A stretch of DNA of 64,000 bases, taken from Candidatus Poribacteria bacterium (GTDB taxonomy: Bacteria > Poribacteria > WGA-4E > WGA-3G). The position numbers and the translations under genes were made by a program. Positions 1 through 10,700 of this stretch are shown one piece after another (the stretch's first letter is position 1; each line of letters begins with the position of its first letter). Below the pieces are notes generated by a model. The model worked only from the letters and a program-made list of their open reading frames with translations, had not been told where the DNA came from and did no database searches. The stretch lies in the NCBI GenBank assembly GCA_965215265.1, contig OZ244048.1, positions 416,001 to 480,000 on the forward strand. Direction: 5' to 3'.

Positions 1-566
1 AGACTTACCGTCGGAGTGTGAGACAGTAACGTATGCGTTGATTCACTACCTAATTGCTCCGGTTTACTAACTTCTCCGTAATCTCCACCTAAACCATTCT
101 CGAGCTGAAATACACAAAATAGCAGGTCTGGATAAAGTAACTTCGCGATTAACTCAAAATCTTTCAAGGTTCTTTTGAGCATAGCATTTTCTATATATGA
201 CTTGCACTCTATGCCTAGAATTAACTTGTCATCTATCTTTACTGCTCTATCCAACTCTATTTTATAAACATATCTTTCCTTATTCTGTTCAATATGATGC
301 CGGATAGATTCAAGAGTTAGATTTTTAACATAATTTTCTTCGATAGTGATAGTTCTTGTCCGTTTTCGTATATCGAAGCGGTCAGTCTCACCCCCTACTT
401 CATGCCATGCTAAATGGACTATAGCATCCACAATATTCTCTACTAGTGCACCTTTTGCTCCCCGAATCTGTCCTGGAGTCATCTCGTACATTGAATATAT
501 GCTGCTGTTGTACAACTCAACTATTGATTGATAGTCTGGATAAGTAAGCACATCATAGGTAGCCAT
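1..566 (-). CDS. Probable Type II restriction endonuclease (PD-(D/E)xK), truncated at the window edge
   Basis: Not in the ORF track because it runs off the window. Manual translation from ATG 566 gives MATYDVLTYPDYQS...ELDRAVKIDDKLILGIECKSYIENAMLKR..., open to position 1. It has a D..E-x-K motif, is AT-rich and lies directly downstream of a DNA MTase. Confidence 0.7.
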   Translation of the reverse strand, partial: MATYDVLTYPDYQSIVELYNSSIYSMYEMTPGQIRGAKGALVENIVDAIVHLAWHEVGGETDRFDIRKRTRTITIEENYVKNLTLESIRHHIEQNKERYVYKIELDRAVKIDDKLILGIECKSYIENAMLKRTLKDFELIAKLLYPDLLFCVFQLENGLGGDYGEVSKPEQLGSESTHTLLSHTPTVS

Positions 567-649
567 TTAGCTGTTCCATATCTTACAAGTGATTTGTAAC
601 TGCTCCGATATCAAGAATTAAAGCCCTGAAATGCTTAAGTCAAGTTCAC

Positions 650-1537
650 TTACACTAAAAGGCGTAACCTATCCTCCGCCGTTTGGCAGTATTCGGGCGA
701 AATGTCTATACCTAAGAAATGACGTTGGCTTTTAAACGCTGAAACACAAGTTGTTCCAGTCCCCGCGAAAGGATCGAGAATAGTATCTCCTCGGAAACTG
801 AACAGCTTCAACACCCGATTCGCGAGTTCCTCTGGAAACATCGCAGGATGTCTAAATTTTCGCATATCGCGTTCCGGTGCGATCGTCCATTTCGCCGAGA
901 CCCACCGTTTGAAAGACTCAGCGTCAATATCCGCATCTTTTGGATGCCCCGACTTTTTCAAAGACCCTTTGCAAAATATCTCTAAAAACTCCCACGTATA
1001 TTTAAGGTAGGGGCTCGAGGGGCTTTTCCAACTCCCCCAAGCAGTATACTTACAATTGTAGTGATTTTTCTCCCATAGAATTTCACCCTTCCAGATCAGC
1101 TTCTTCCGTATAAAGTACTGTGAAATAAGATGATGTGTCGGAATGTAATCCGAAAATAGCGGCTGAACGTTAACAACGATGCGGCCCCCATATTTCAGTA
1201 TTCTGATGCATTCATCAAAGATACCGAACAACACCCTGAAGTAAGCGTCCCATGCAAAGGCATCCTCGGTTCCCTCGTAATCCAGACCAAAGTTGTAGGG
1301 CGGCGATGTGAAAATGAGGTCTATGCAATTGTCAGGCAGCTGCGTGAGAACAGTCTGTGAGTCGCCGCAGATAATTGTATCGGTAAACTCAGCAGGTAGG
1401 ACATTACTCTCCTGACTAAAATCATGCGTATTGGCATAATAGTACTTCCCACGTGCTGCTTCTTTCTGTTTCCGATTCCTAACTTTTCGTTCCATCGTGT
1501 TATCTCTCTTTTTCAAATTGTTCTTTTGCTCAAACAT
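650..1537 (-). CDS. Site-specific DNA methyltransferase, beta class (probably N4-cytosine)
   Basis: Motif IV TSPPY precedes motif I DPFAGTGTT; HPAMFP motif present. Alternative start at ATG 1495. Confidence 0.92.
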   Translation of the reverse strand: MFEQKNNLKKRDNTMERKVRNRKQKEAARGKYYYANTHDFSQESNVLPAEFTDTIICGDSQTVLTQLPDNCIDLIFTSPPYNFGLDYEGTEDAFAWDAYFRVLFGIFDECIRILKYGGRIVVNVQPLFSDYIPTHHLISQYFIRKKLIWKGEILWEKNHYNCKYTAWGSWKSPSSPYLKYTWEFLEIFCKGSLKKSGHPKDADIDAESFKRWVSAKWTIAPERDMRKFRHPAMFPEELANRVLKLFSFRGDTILDPFAGTGTTCVSAFKSQRHFLGIDISPEYCQTAEDRLRLLV

Positions 1538-1769
1538 AGATGCTCTCTATAAAGTCCGTTCTACTTCCTGCTACAGTTGTGGGCAGAAAATGAGTCGTAC
1601 TCATCTCAACAGGCTATCGAATAGTATCACAGTTCCTGAGAAAAGTCAAATCTATTGTTTGGAAAATATGCAAACGTCTACCGATAGAGGTGCTGCAGCA
1701 CGTTGTCTCTGAACCTCACGAAAAACCGAAATGGTGCGTCGACTCCTGATTTTTGACCGACTCTGCCGC

Positions 1770-1799
1770 AAAAATGCCGCCCCTATGAGTAGAGCGGCA
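1770..1799 (-). terminator. Rho-independent terminator after the ssp/pbe-like operon
   Basis: Minus strand reads TGCCGCTC-tactcatag-GGGCGGCA followed by TTTTT. Confidence 0.6.
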
Positions 1800-1966
1800 A
1801 ACTAATCTCCAGCCCATGTAAAACCGTAAAGCAGGAAAAATATTCTTCAGTCTCATCCTCCATTAGATTCGTAATTTGCTCTAAACTTCCCAATAGGTCG
1901 TGGTCTTTCCCTCCTTGCGAGATACATCCGCCTATACAACCTATAGAATTATAGAATCTTTAGCAT

Positions 1967-2422
1967 TCACGCCTCCTCTCGTAGTAATTCATCAATTGCG
2001 TCAGAAAGATTCCAGATTGGATCATCCTTTCCATCTTGCAGCATCCTGGCTATATGGGGGACCCCCGCCGCAGCGAGCCCATTCGCGATAGTCATCATGC
2101 GCCGTGGATTTTCCACAACTTGCACGTCATCATCAACTGCTATAGCAATTAACATTACTGTCTGGAACCGCCAACTGTCTCGGTCAAAGATTGAACCTTG
2201 GATGAACGTGAAAGTTTCCTGTTTGGATAGGTTGACTAGTTCGAGTTCCTTTCGCACTGCAAACGATAATCCTGCAAACCATAAATCAACCATTCGCGGG
2301 AAAGGGCTTCGATCTACACTTGCCTGTCTACTTGTTTGGCAGTAACGATCATAAACATCGCGCTGAGTCTTAGGGGCGATTAAATCCATACTAGCAAAGG
2401 GATTATGATATTGCTGTGCCAC
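1967..2422 (-). CDS. Dnd-associated protein 4 / PbeD-like protein
   Basis: 151 aa. The pattern 'SPFPRMVDLWFAGLSFAV...MLIAIA...ANGLAAAGV' resembles dnd-system-associated protein 4 (recognised from memory). Last gene of the helicase-small protein-ATPase module. Confidence 0.5.
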   Translation of the reverse strand: MAQQYHNPFASMDLIAPKTQRDVYDRYCQTSRQASVDRSPFPRMVDLWFAGLSFAVRKELELVNLSKQETFTFIQGSIFDRDSWRFQTVMLIAIAVDDDVQVVENPRRMMTIANGLAAAGVPHIARMLQDGKDDPIWNLSDAIDELLREEA

Positions 2423-2444
2423 TGTCTACCTCCTAAGATATTGG

Positions 2445-4553
2445 TTACACTTCTGTTTCTACATCCATTCGCCGCTGGCACAAGCGGCATTTCTTACGGT
2501 GATTGCATTCACACCGTAGTGTCTTACGTTGCTCTACCCGTGGATCATTAACTAAAATTCGCGGATAGTGTGCCGAGTTTGTCAACGTTATCACACGCCC
2601 TGCTTCTTCATCCAGAATTTCTTCACAGTCTGCAATCTCGGAGCGCGTGAGAAATAGAATAAGCTGCGAGCTTTCCCGGATGGCAGTCCTAAGTACGGAC
2701 CGCTTCACATAGCCGCTCATCATTCCGAGCGGTGTATCAAGCACATTCGGGGCTTCGACTTCACTAACCTTAGTTAGAGCAAGGATAAAGGCAAAGGTCA
2801 GTGCACGACGAGATGCACCGTTAAGATCTTGGTCAGGGTTTAGCATTTGATTATTTAAACCGTAGACCAGAATATCATAATCCTTGCTGATTTCTGCCCT
2901 TTGAATGATCGCCCCTTGTTTTGGATCAGCACCGATCATTTCAAGAAAAATCTCGTTCATTTTACAGCTGACTTTCATCAATTCTTCATCTGTAATCCGG
3001 TCGTAGGACTTCTTCAGAACACTTTGTACATCGCGCGCCACATCCAGACTCGCAAGTATGTGTTTACCTTTCCTCTGTTTACTAAGAAGGTTATCGCGCC
3101 GCAATACCAAGCTTTTACGCTCTTTTTTTAGTCCTTCAAGTTGTGTTTCAGCTCCCCCTAAACGACGGGAAAGGTGGGTCTTCTGGTCAGTGTAGTCCTG
3201 CTCGGTAGAGCGAAGACCCTGAATATTGATGTCAGGTATAAGGTCCAACTGTGCTTCAAGATCCTTAAGTTTTTCACCTTGTTCATCGCGTTTCCTTTTA
3301 AGTTTATCTCGGCACTCCACGATTTTCTCGTACTCAGCAATCCAATCCTTATTGTTAGCGGTTTCATCCAGTTGCAAGTCACGCGAACCGTAATAGAGGT
3401 CAGTGAGCTTACTTTGAAGAACATCTGCTTGTTGGCTTTCATCAATCAGGCACTGGATGTGGTCTCTTCGCTTCTTGCCATCAACTGTCTGTGAATCTAA
3501 CGACTCACCACAAATGCAAGTAATTCCCTGGAGACGCTCTTCCAAGACAGGAATGGTTGCACTAGGAATCTTGCCCTGAGTGTGCAACTTACTTAGCTTT
3601 TCAAGGCTTTTTTTCAACGTCGGAGCAAGCAGGTCGCGTGAGAAGAACATACCTCTAAAAAGGTGAGAATGTTTTTGACCAGCAGCAGCGAGATTCTTGT
3701 CAAGTTGCTTTAGCTGCACCTTGGTTTCTGCAATATCGATTTTAAGTTTTTCCCGGTCGCCCTTAACTAATGCGATTTCAATTTGTTCCCGGGTTCCCTC
3801 AATTTGTTTATGAATCGCGGCAATCTGCGATTTATAATCGACTATGTTTTTCTCAAGCTTCCTATACGCGGTTTCTATCTCTTCCAATTCTGCAGCAACG
3901 CTTGTGAGTTCCTTATGGATGTCAAGTGATTTTGCTGCTTTGTTGAAGTCAGAAATTGTCGTTTTTATATGTGACCTGGCCTTGTCAATGTAATTCAGTC
4001 CCAAAAGCGAACGGATTGCTTTTTCAACGCGATCTCGCTTGATTTTTTCTGATGCAGTTGCTTCAATGAAACTGAGTGCTCGATCACCGTCAGTAAAGAA
4101 CACCTCCCTTAGTTCAGGCGGAAGTTCTTCTTTAATCCGCACGTTAGGTTTATCCACGTCCTTGCTCCCCGTATCTGTTAATTCAAATAAACGGACCTCT
4201 GGATTATCCATTACACCATCTAATTTTTCATAACCAGCCCGGATAATACGGTATCGTATAGTGTCATCCGGACCGCTCCGACTAAGCCTCTTTGTCTCAA
4301 ATTCAACCTGTACAGATATTGGAATTCGCTGACCATCTGCTGCGTCCCAATCGATCGGATGTAGACGGTAGTCTTTGCCCTTTTCTGGCAATGCATCATT
4401 ACCATAAAGAGCCCATTGAAGTCCATTGAGGATAGTGGTTTTTCCACTTTCGTTCTCTGCCCGAATAACCGTTAGCCTTTTATCCGTTGAAAAGTCTAAC
4501 TTTAAATCACGTAGCAGACGGAAATTTTCAAATTGGGCACGGATAAGTTTCAT
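2445..4553 (-). CDS. SMC/Rad50-like ABC ATPase with CxC hook (PbeC/DndD-like)
   Basis: N-terminal 'FENFR', Walker A AENESGKTT, long coiled coil with central CICG, signature LNGASRR, Walker B NVLDTPLG, C-terminal CECxxxxxCxxC. Confidence 0.85.
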   Translation of the reverse strand: MKLIRAQFENFRLLRDLKLDFSTDKRLTVIRAENESGKTTILNGLQWALYGNDALPEKGKDYRLHPIDWDAADGQRIPISVQVEFETKRLSRSGPDDTIRYRIIRAGYEKLDGVMDNPEVRLFELTDTGSKDVDKPNVRIKEELPPELREVFFTDGDRALSFIEATASEKIKRDRVEKAIRSLLGLNYIDKARSHIKTTISDFNKAAKSLDIHKELTSVAAELEEIETAYRKLEKNIVDYKSQIAAIHKQIEGTREQIEIALVKGDREKLKIDIAETKVQLKQLDKNLAAAGQKHSHLFRGMFFSRDLLAPTLKKSLEKLSKLHTQGKIPSATIPVLEERLQGITCICGESLDSQTVDGKKRRDHIQCLIDESQQADVLQSKLTDLYYGSRDLQLDETANNKDWIAEYEKIVECRDKLKRKRDEQGEKLKDLEAQLDLIPDINIQGLRSTEQDYTDQKTHLSRRLGGAETQLEGLKKERKSLVLRRDNLLSKQRKGKHILASLDVARDVQSVLKKSYDRITDEELMKVSCKMNEIFLEMIGADPKQGAIIQRAEISKDYDILVYGLNNQMLNPDQDLNGASRRALTFAFILALTKVSEVEAPNVLDTPLGMMSGYVKRSVLRTAIRESSQLILFLTRSEIADCEEILDEEAGRVITLTNSAHYPRILVNDPRVEQRKTLRCECNHRKKCRLCQRRMDVETEV

Positions 4554-4569
4554 TGGATAGCCCTCCTCC

Positions 4570-4794
4570 CTATTTTAGTTGATTCCGGCTCTCTGCAAGA
4601 GAGTCGCCAGTCTTTTGACAAATTTCGCGTATTTTTTGGTGAATAGGTGTCATCTTCAAAAGATGTTCCTTTTCGTGTTCGAGGATTTTATCTATGGCAC
4701 CAGCAAGTTCCTCCTTGTACCCATCGTACCTTTCCTCAATAGATTGGCATTCATGAAAGATAATGTCAAAGATTTTTTGTCTATTGAACAGCAT
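4570..4794 (-). CDS. Small helical protein between helicase and ATPase (PbeB-like position)
   Basis: 74 aa with an AGGAG RBS, tightly packed in the operon. Confidence 0.65.
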   Translation of the reverse strand: MLFNRQKIFDIIFHECQSIEERYDGYKEELAGAIDKILEHEKEHLLKMTPIHQKIREICQKTGDSLAESRNQLK

Positions 4795-4805
4795 GATTCT
4801 CTCCT

Positions 4806-6941
4806 TTATAGATAAATCGCTTTAACAAGTCGATCAATAATATCCAAAGGCCCATCAGTTCTACCTGCATTCAGAGCGAGTTTAGAAAATTTCATAACTC
4901 GCGAGAGTTCTGATTCAATAAGTTTGCGTGCCTCATCGTCGATATCATCCATGTTCGATGGCAATGCAATAAAATCGTGAATTTCGCTATGTGTCTTGTC
5001 AGTTTCACGACATGTCCGAAGGAGCCTCCCTCGACGCTGTACCCATTGCCGCTCTACTGTAGTACTGGCCAGGATGAACGCCTTTTTAATCTGCGGAATG
5101 TTCACACCTTCATCAAGCACGCGCTTTGCAGTCAGCACATGCAATGTCCCCTCCTGAAAGGATTGGATAATTTTCGCTGTTTTTTCACTGTTCGGTGTTT
5201 CCTTGTATGTGAGTTGGTGAAAAAGCACACCGCGTGCCTTCAATAAAGCATTGACAGCCTCAAGTTGCTGCGGTGCCTTGTCTGATGCGTAAATTAATGT
5301 GTACTGGAGTTGTCGAAACCCCTCACGTGTCAAGACCGCCTCCAACGCCTCGATCTTATTTTCCGCGTTCTCTAAGAGAGCACGCCTATCCCGAAGCAAC
5401 TTCATCAGATACTCATCAGTTTCATTTTCTTCCTTACGCCAAGAATTCGCCTTGATTTTTTCCGTAAGTGCATACCATTGGTCCATTTCGTCCTCTGTGA
5501 GTTCCACAGGATGAACGTAATACTCGTATTCAACGAGGCATCGCCCGATTGCTTCCTCGAGCGTGAATTGGAAAACAACCGGACCGAAAAATGAGAACAG
5601 GACCTCTGTCCCGTGTTCATCATATTGACGGATCGGAGTTGCCGAAAGACCCAGCCTATAATCAAAAAAAGTCGGCAGGTCAGTGATGAATCTCTCACTT
5701 CCCAGATTGTGTACTTCATCCGCAATGAGCAAAGTCTTACAATCCATTTTTTTGATTTCCGTTTTAAACTCGCTATTGCATAGTGTAACATGAGAAACGA
5801 CAACAATTTCAATGCCGCTTCTTCCAATTCGAAGCCGTCGTCTTATCTTATTAAGTTCACGTGCCCGTCCTCTTGCTCCTGTAGACGCTGTCAGATTAAC
5901 AGCCGTGAGTCCAAAGGGCAAAATCTCATCACACCACTGTTGAATGAGCGGAATGTAGGGTGCTGCAACAACGATAAGCAGCGGCTTCTGCACATTGTAA
6001 AGCCTATGTGCACAAATCATAGCAGTAATCGTTTTGCCTGAACCGGTCGCCATTTCTAAGATACCTTGATAATCCGCTTCGCACCACGCATCTACAGCCC
6101 TGCCTTGATGTTCAAAGGGGCCATCCTGAAATCGGAGTTCTGATGGTATTACAAATGAAGTACGAGACGAATCGTAATCGGCAGGAGATTCCTTTATCGA
6201 GCCAGTCGCCTGGTCGTAGAGTGTCCGAAAATCTGTCTCGGTTGGCGGGATGTCTGAACGATAAGTGTGAAGTAGATCGTCGCGAATAGCTTGGGGCATC
6301 TCAACCACGATACAACTCTCAACCTCATTTTCCCAAAGTTGTTTGAACTGGTCACAAAACCTTTCTGTAGTGTAGTGCTGGGTAGGATCTTCCCAGGATT
6401 TAGAAATGGAAATTTGCTCAATATTCTTCTGAATACCGGCATAAGTCATATTGCTAGATCCGTGTGCTGCAATCACGTCATCACCTTTCCGAAAGAGCCA
6501 GACCTTTGGATGGAAGAGTGCATCTTTCATAACGGCTATCTTGATTTGGACGCGTCTCCTATGCAGCAGCCACGACAGACACTTCAGTGTATGTTGCGCA
6601 ATAAGGTCTTCAGTGACAAACATATCTTCTAAAATTGCATTAGCGCTATTTTCCGAAGAGGTTAGCCCTTCTTCTATTGCCTCCCTATCTTCAGAGCGGA
6701 GCAGAGGACTGATAATTAAGCGAAAACTCTCCTCTGAGGAGTTGATAAAGGTTGCCAAGCCCGGGGCTAGCGACACGAAGATGTCGCTAGAAAAGAATCC
6801 CATCATGCCATCAACTTGAGTCGCTGACTGAAAGCAAGGGATCAGGACCTCTTCAGACACCGGATCGTCAGGTAGTATGTAGAGAGGTCTAATATTAGGC
6901 ACAGCCTGAAGCGTCATCTCATTAAGCTCCAACATCTTCAT
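4806..6941 (-). CDS. PLD-nuclease + SF2 (DEAD/DEAH) helicase (PbeA / dnd-associated restriction enzyme-like)
   Basis: HKD-type motif HPK...GSSN; MATGSGKT; DEVH; LGLSATP; LDEGVNIP; QRRGRLLR. Confidence 0.88.
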   Translation of the reverse strand: MKMLELNEMTLQAVPNIRPLYILPDDPVSEEVLIPCFQSATQVDGMMGFFSSDIFVSLAPGLATFINSSEESFRLIISPLLRSEDREAIEEGLTSSENSANAILEDMFVTEDLIAQHTLKCLSWLLHRRRVQIKIAVMKDALFHPKVWLFRKGDDVIAAHGSSNMTYAGIQKNIEQISISKSWEDPTQHYTTERFCDQFKQLWENEVESCIVVEMPQAIRDDLLHTYRSDIPPTETDFRTLYDQATGSIKESPADYDSSRTSFVIPSELRFQDGPFEHQGRAVDAWCEADYQGILEMATGSGKTITAMICAHRLYNVQKPLLIVVAAPYIPLIQQWCDEILPFGLTAVNLTASTGARGRARELNKIRRRLRIGRSGIEIVVVSHVTLCNSEFKTEIKKMDCKTLLIADEVHNLGSERFITDLPTFFDYRLGLSATPIRQYDEHGTEVLFSFFGPVVFQFTLEEAIGRCLVEYEYYVHPVELTEDEMDQWYALTEKIKANSWRKEENETDEYLMKLLRDRRALLENAENKIEALEAVLTREGFRQLQYTLIYASDKAPQQLEAVNALLKARGVLFHQLTYKETPNSEKTAKIIQSFQEGTLHVLTAKRVLDEGVNIPQIKKAFILASTTVERQWVQRRGRLLRTCRETDKTHSEIHDFIALPSNMDDIDDEARKLIESELSRVMKFSKLALNAGRTDGPLDIIDRLVKAIYL

Positions 6942-6970
6942 TTTTTAGACATAATCAAATTTAATAAAAA

Positions 6971-7789
6971 CTACTTATAACAAATCAGACACGGTTCCTC
7001 ATCGTCTTCATCGTCGTGCACATCCGTAAGGATATCTATCAGCCGCCGATTCGGACGAGCCGCCCGCTTCGCCGCCTTCGACTCTTCAGCATGTGCCTTA
7101 ATCTGCTCAATGCGTTCCGGGTCCGAAAGCTCGTCTAAACTCTCGCTCTGACACCATGTGAACCGTTCACCGGTATCAGGGTCAAATTTCTCGTATGCCT
7201 TGGCGAGTTCAAAAAGGTCGGGATGTTTCTCCAGCAACCCTACCCACTCGGATTTACGCTGGAAGAAGCAGAAATAGCACCCGGAACGCGTCCGCCAATC
7301 GTAATAGTCCGGCATCCCGAGCCCACTCTCCTCCAGAATGCGGTAGACATCCTGTTTCGTGATACCATCTTCCTTAAAAGGATATTTCGGCTCAATGTTT
7401 CGCAACTCCGCGTTTTTCAGCGGCTTATAACCGACGCGATCCTCATCTGCACGAATCGCGATGTAGTTGTACGCCTTGTCGTCACCGACATATCTCTCAA
7501 ACGGTTTAATCTTGAGATTGACGGTACACCAACGCACCTGTGGCGATGGCAACAAGCCCCCTAAAACCGTCAACCAGTGATCGAAATCCCGCTCCGTATT
7601 CAGACGGGCGATCGGTTTGCCGAGGAACGCCTCCAGCCGATCCAAAAACGCATACGTCTCCGGCAATTCTTTCCCAGTATCTGAGAACACATATTCCATC
7701 TCCGGCACCCGGTCACGCATATAAATCGCGAGTGCAGAACTATCTTTCCCACCGGAGAGCCCAAGAATGTGTCGTCTCTGCTGTTCCAT
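6971..7789 (-). CDS. sspD: PAPS-reductase-family phosphorothioation enzyme (SspD/DndC-like)
   Basis: SGGKDS PP-loop, RWCT, RSGCYFCFFQ, C-terminal CLIC. Start set to ATG 7789 after a GGGAGG RBS. Confidence 0.8.
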   Translation of the reverse strand: MEQQRRHILGLSGGKDSSALAIYMRDRVPEMEYVFSDTGKELPETYAFLDRLEAFLGKPIARLNTERDFDHWLTVLGGLLPSPQVRWCTVNLKIKPFERYVGDDKAYNYIAIRADEDRVGYKPLKNAELRNIEPKYPFKEDGITKQDVYRILEESGLGMPDYYDWRTRSGCYFCFFQRKSEWVGLLEKHPDLFELAKAYEKFDPDTGERFTWCQSESLDELSDPERIEQIKAHAEESKAAKRAARPNRRLIDILTDVHDDEDDEEPCLICYK

Positions 7790-7799
7790 GTTTTCCTCC

Positions 7800-10700
7800 C
7801 TATTCTTGAAGTTGTTGCATCCATTTCTGTGCAATTCGTGCGAAAATAGCGACGCGAAGCTCAAGGGTATCAGTGCCCATCCCAAACTGCTTAAAGACCT
7901 CATCAATAGCCTTTTCTATTTCGGAAGCCTGCTTATCAGCCGCTGATGGTAAAGTGACGACCCGCTCCTGTTCGGCTTGGTGAGGCCGTGTAATGCCGAC
8001 CCGAACAGGTTCACTAGATGACGGCTGACGGCACGCTTGTTCTTCATAAGAAACGGCTTCAAAATGATGGAATTGTCGCGCGAGCGTCGAAAGATTCATC
8101 TCAAATAGAGCGTTATCTTCGTCATTCCAAGATCTCGGCGGTTTGTTAGCTACATAGAGCGCCACTGCCTCAAGCCAGTCAGTGCGATTCCGAAGCTTGC
8201 CATCGCAGACTCGACGGAGAAATCCGTTGAGCCTCCCCCCAACGGTAATTTCCAACAGCGGCTCTGCTCTGCGAACCAGTACACGCTGAAGCTCTTTCTC
8301 GTCTTCCAAAGCGAACGTCGTCTTAAGTCGTTGTTCAATCGAATTCAACAGACTCTCGTAGACCTGCCGCAATTCAGATAAAACCTCCTGTAGTCTGCTG
8401 CAGAAGTCCGAAACTACCTGCGAGTCCACGATTTCCGGGCTGAAAACCGGAAATCCGAGGGCCTTCGGCAGCTCCCCAAAAAGCAGCTCATCCGGTTCAC
8501 GCGCATTCGTAACCGATGTACGCAGCCTCTTAGCTTCATCGCTCAACTCCTCCGTTTTCAAAGTGTAGTCTGGAAGTTGTGCAATAAATTGCATAAGCGG
8601 TGCAACCACCGTCAATAAATCAGGTTCTCCAGGTTCCGACGATTGACGGAGTACCTTCAGAAATTGCTCGAACAACTCGCCCCGGATAGCTGTCATCCGG
8701 AAGCGCTTGATCTCAAATCGTTGCGGCATTTTAAGCAGCCGCTCAAAAAGCGGCACTGACCATTCCGGGGCAAAGCCCCCATTTTCGTAGAGCGCGATTT
8801 CCGACTTGTAATGCAGCAGAGCAGCACACAACAGAATCGGCAGCAGACCATTTCGAACACCGTAAGGCTCGGCCTCTAAGCATTTATAGAGAGCTACTAC
8901 CGGTTGCCGCTCGCCTTCACACTCCTCAAGAAACGCATCTATTTCTCCCCACACGGGCATCAGACTTTCTTCCGTTGGCGGACAAAACCCCCACATGTCC
9001 GAAACTTTGCGATGCATGCCCGTACTCTCTAACACAGAACGGTAGATGCTCATTTCAGCCGGGTAACCGTTGATGCCGAGGTTTTCCATGTCACTCCTCT
9101 CAAGCATCGCCTCAATCAATTTTCTTCGGGCAGTCGCCGCTGTCGCAGAAATACTACGTCTATTGATGAGCTCATTACGAATAATAGGTGTCCCAGGGTA
9201 AACCTGCTTACAGATTTCTGACAAATATCTGTTCCGCGCACGTTGGGAGTTGATACTTTCTACAGGTTTCCCTTTGTGGTACCAGAGACAAGTTTTATCT
9301 CTATCCTTGTCGCCCTTAAAAATTTCGGTTAGTTGACCGGACACTGCGCGTTCTGCTTCCATCTGCCGCAGGAGGAGCTCCCGTCTTGCAACTGCATCGC
9401 CCTCCAATTCCGGGGTGTTTTCCGCAACCCAATGTAGACAGGCAAGTTCAAAGACAACCTCTTGCAGCGACTCGATCGAACGTGGAATCGCAACCAACAC
9501 CGCCGCGTGCGCGACACTGTCCATGCCGCACGCCTTCTCAATGAACTGATCGACCTGTTCCTGCGTCGCAGGTAGCGTGTAAAGGATCAGACCGTCCGCA
9601 TCCTCGAACGGTTCACTCAGATCTGCCTCGAAGTTCTCAAGATTGGTGTACCGAACAGTGAAATGACGGAGGGTCCCTGTCTCAAACAGATGCTGCCGTG
9701 CAACGAGCGGACGCGGTTGTGTATAGCGCGAGAGGTCTGCAGCAAGCACTAACTCCGAACCAATATGGGCCGCGGCTTCGCGGAGCCGTACCTCAATATC
9801 AATATCACTCCCTTCCCAAAGGGCGTAGGTGTCATTGTAACGACGGTATATCACAATGGATCGCCTTTTCAGATCTGCAAGCGCCTCCTCAAATCCTCCT
9901 CCGTTAGCGTCTAACGCATAACGCAGCATTTGTGCTGAGGCTTTCAGCTCAGGAATCCCTGTGTTAACAACATTGAGTAACCCAATAGTTTTAATCAGAC
10001 GAAGCGCTAACGGTGAAGGATCCGATAAGCAATCTAAGGCAGATTCAATTTCTACCCATTTTTTCCCGTTATGAGAAGCATAAAGCCGATGCCCTTGTGT
10101 AGTATGAAGGTAGTCATACAGTTCAGCGAGCGAAAACAGAGGCAGAACCTCTCCATCGTAAGATTCTGATGCCAAAAAGTCTTGTAGCCCATGCGGTTCG
10201 CTTGAACTCAGGAAAGCAAAGAGCGAACGTTCATTCTGTGAGAACCGCCGGAAAAGCGGCCCGATCATGAGGGCCACCGTCGGATGCAGCGGCAGACAAC
10301 TCTTCAATAACAAAATAAATTCGTCTTCATTCAATTGGCGCGGTTTTAGTCCTAAAGCAATTGCATTGTTAAGATTAGGCGGCACGACAACCTCTGGATG
10401 CCGCACCAATGCCGCACTAATTAACCGAAGCACCTGCTCAGTCGGCTCCGTAAACACCACATCCTCGAACCGGCCCTGAACCTTCGCCCACTCTTCTCGT
10501 TGTGACCTACTCGCACGTTCCACGTAAAATTCAAAAGCTTGATGCAGGATCGTCATCAGGAAGAACGGTGCCGGCGTACTGCGATCCGCCAATTCGGCGA
10601 GGCTCTGCAGAACAAATATATCTGCTTGTGCCGGACGATCCGCAGCATATTCGAGAAACTTTCCCAGCTCGTCAACCACCACCAGCAGCCCGGAACCTCC

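Noticed and set aside
2445-4553. Housekeeping SbcC/RecN or canonical DndD of a dndBCDE cluster
   Set aside because: There is no sbcD, dndB or canonical dndE order; the gene sits in a helicase-small protein-ATPase-small protein module.
6971-7906. Sulfate-assimilation PAPS reductase (cysH)
   Set aside because: The context (DUF4007 + ATPase) and Cys motifs fit SspD/DndC, and no cys genes are nearby.
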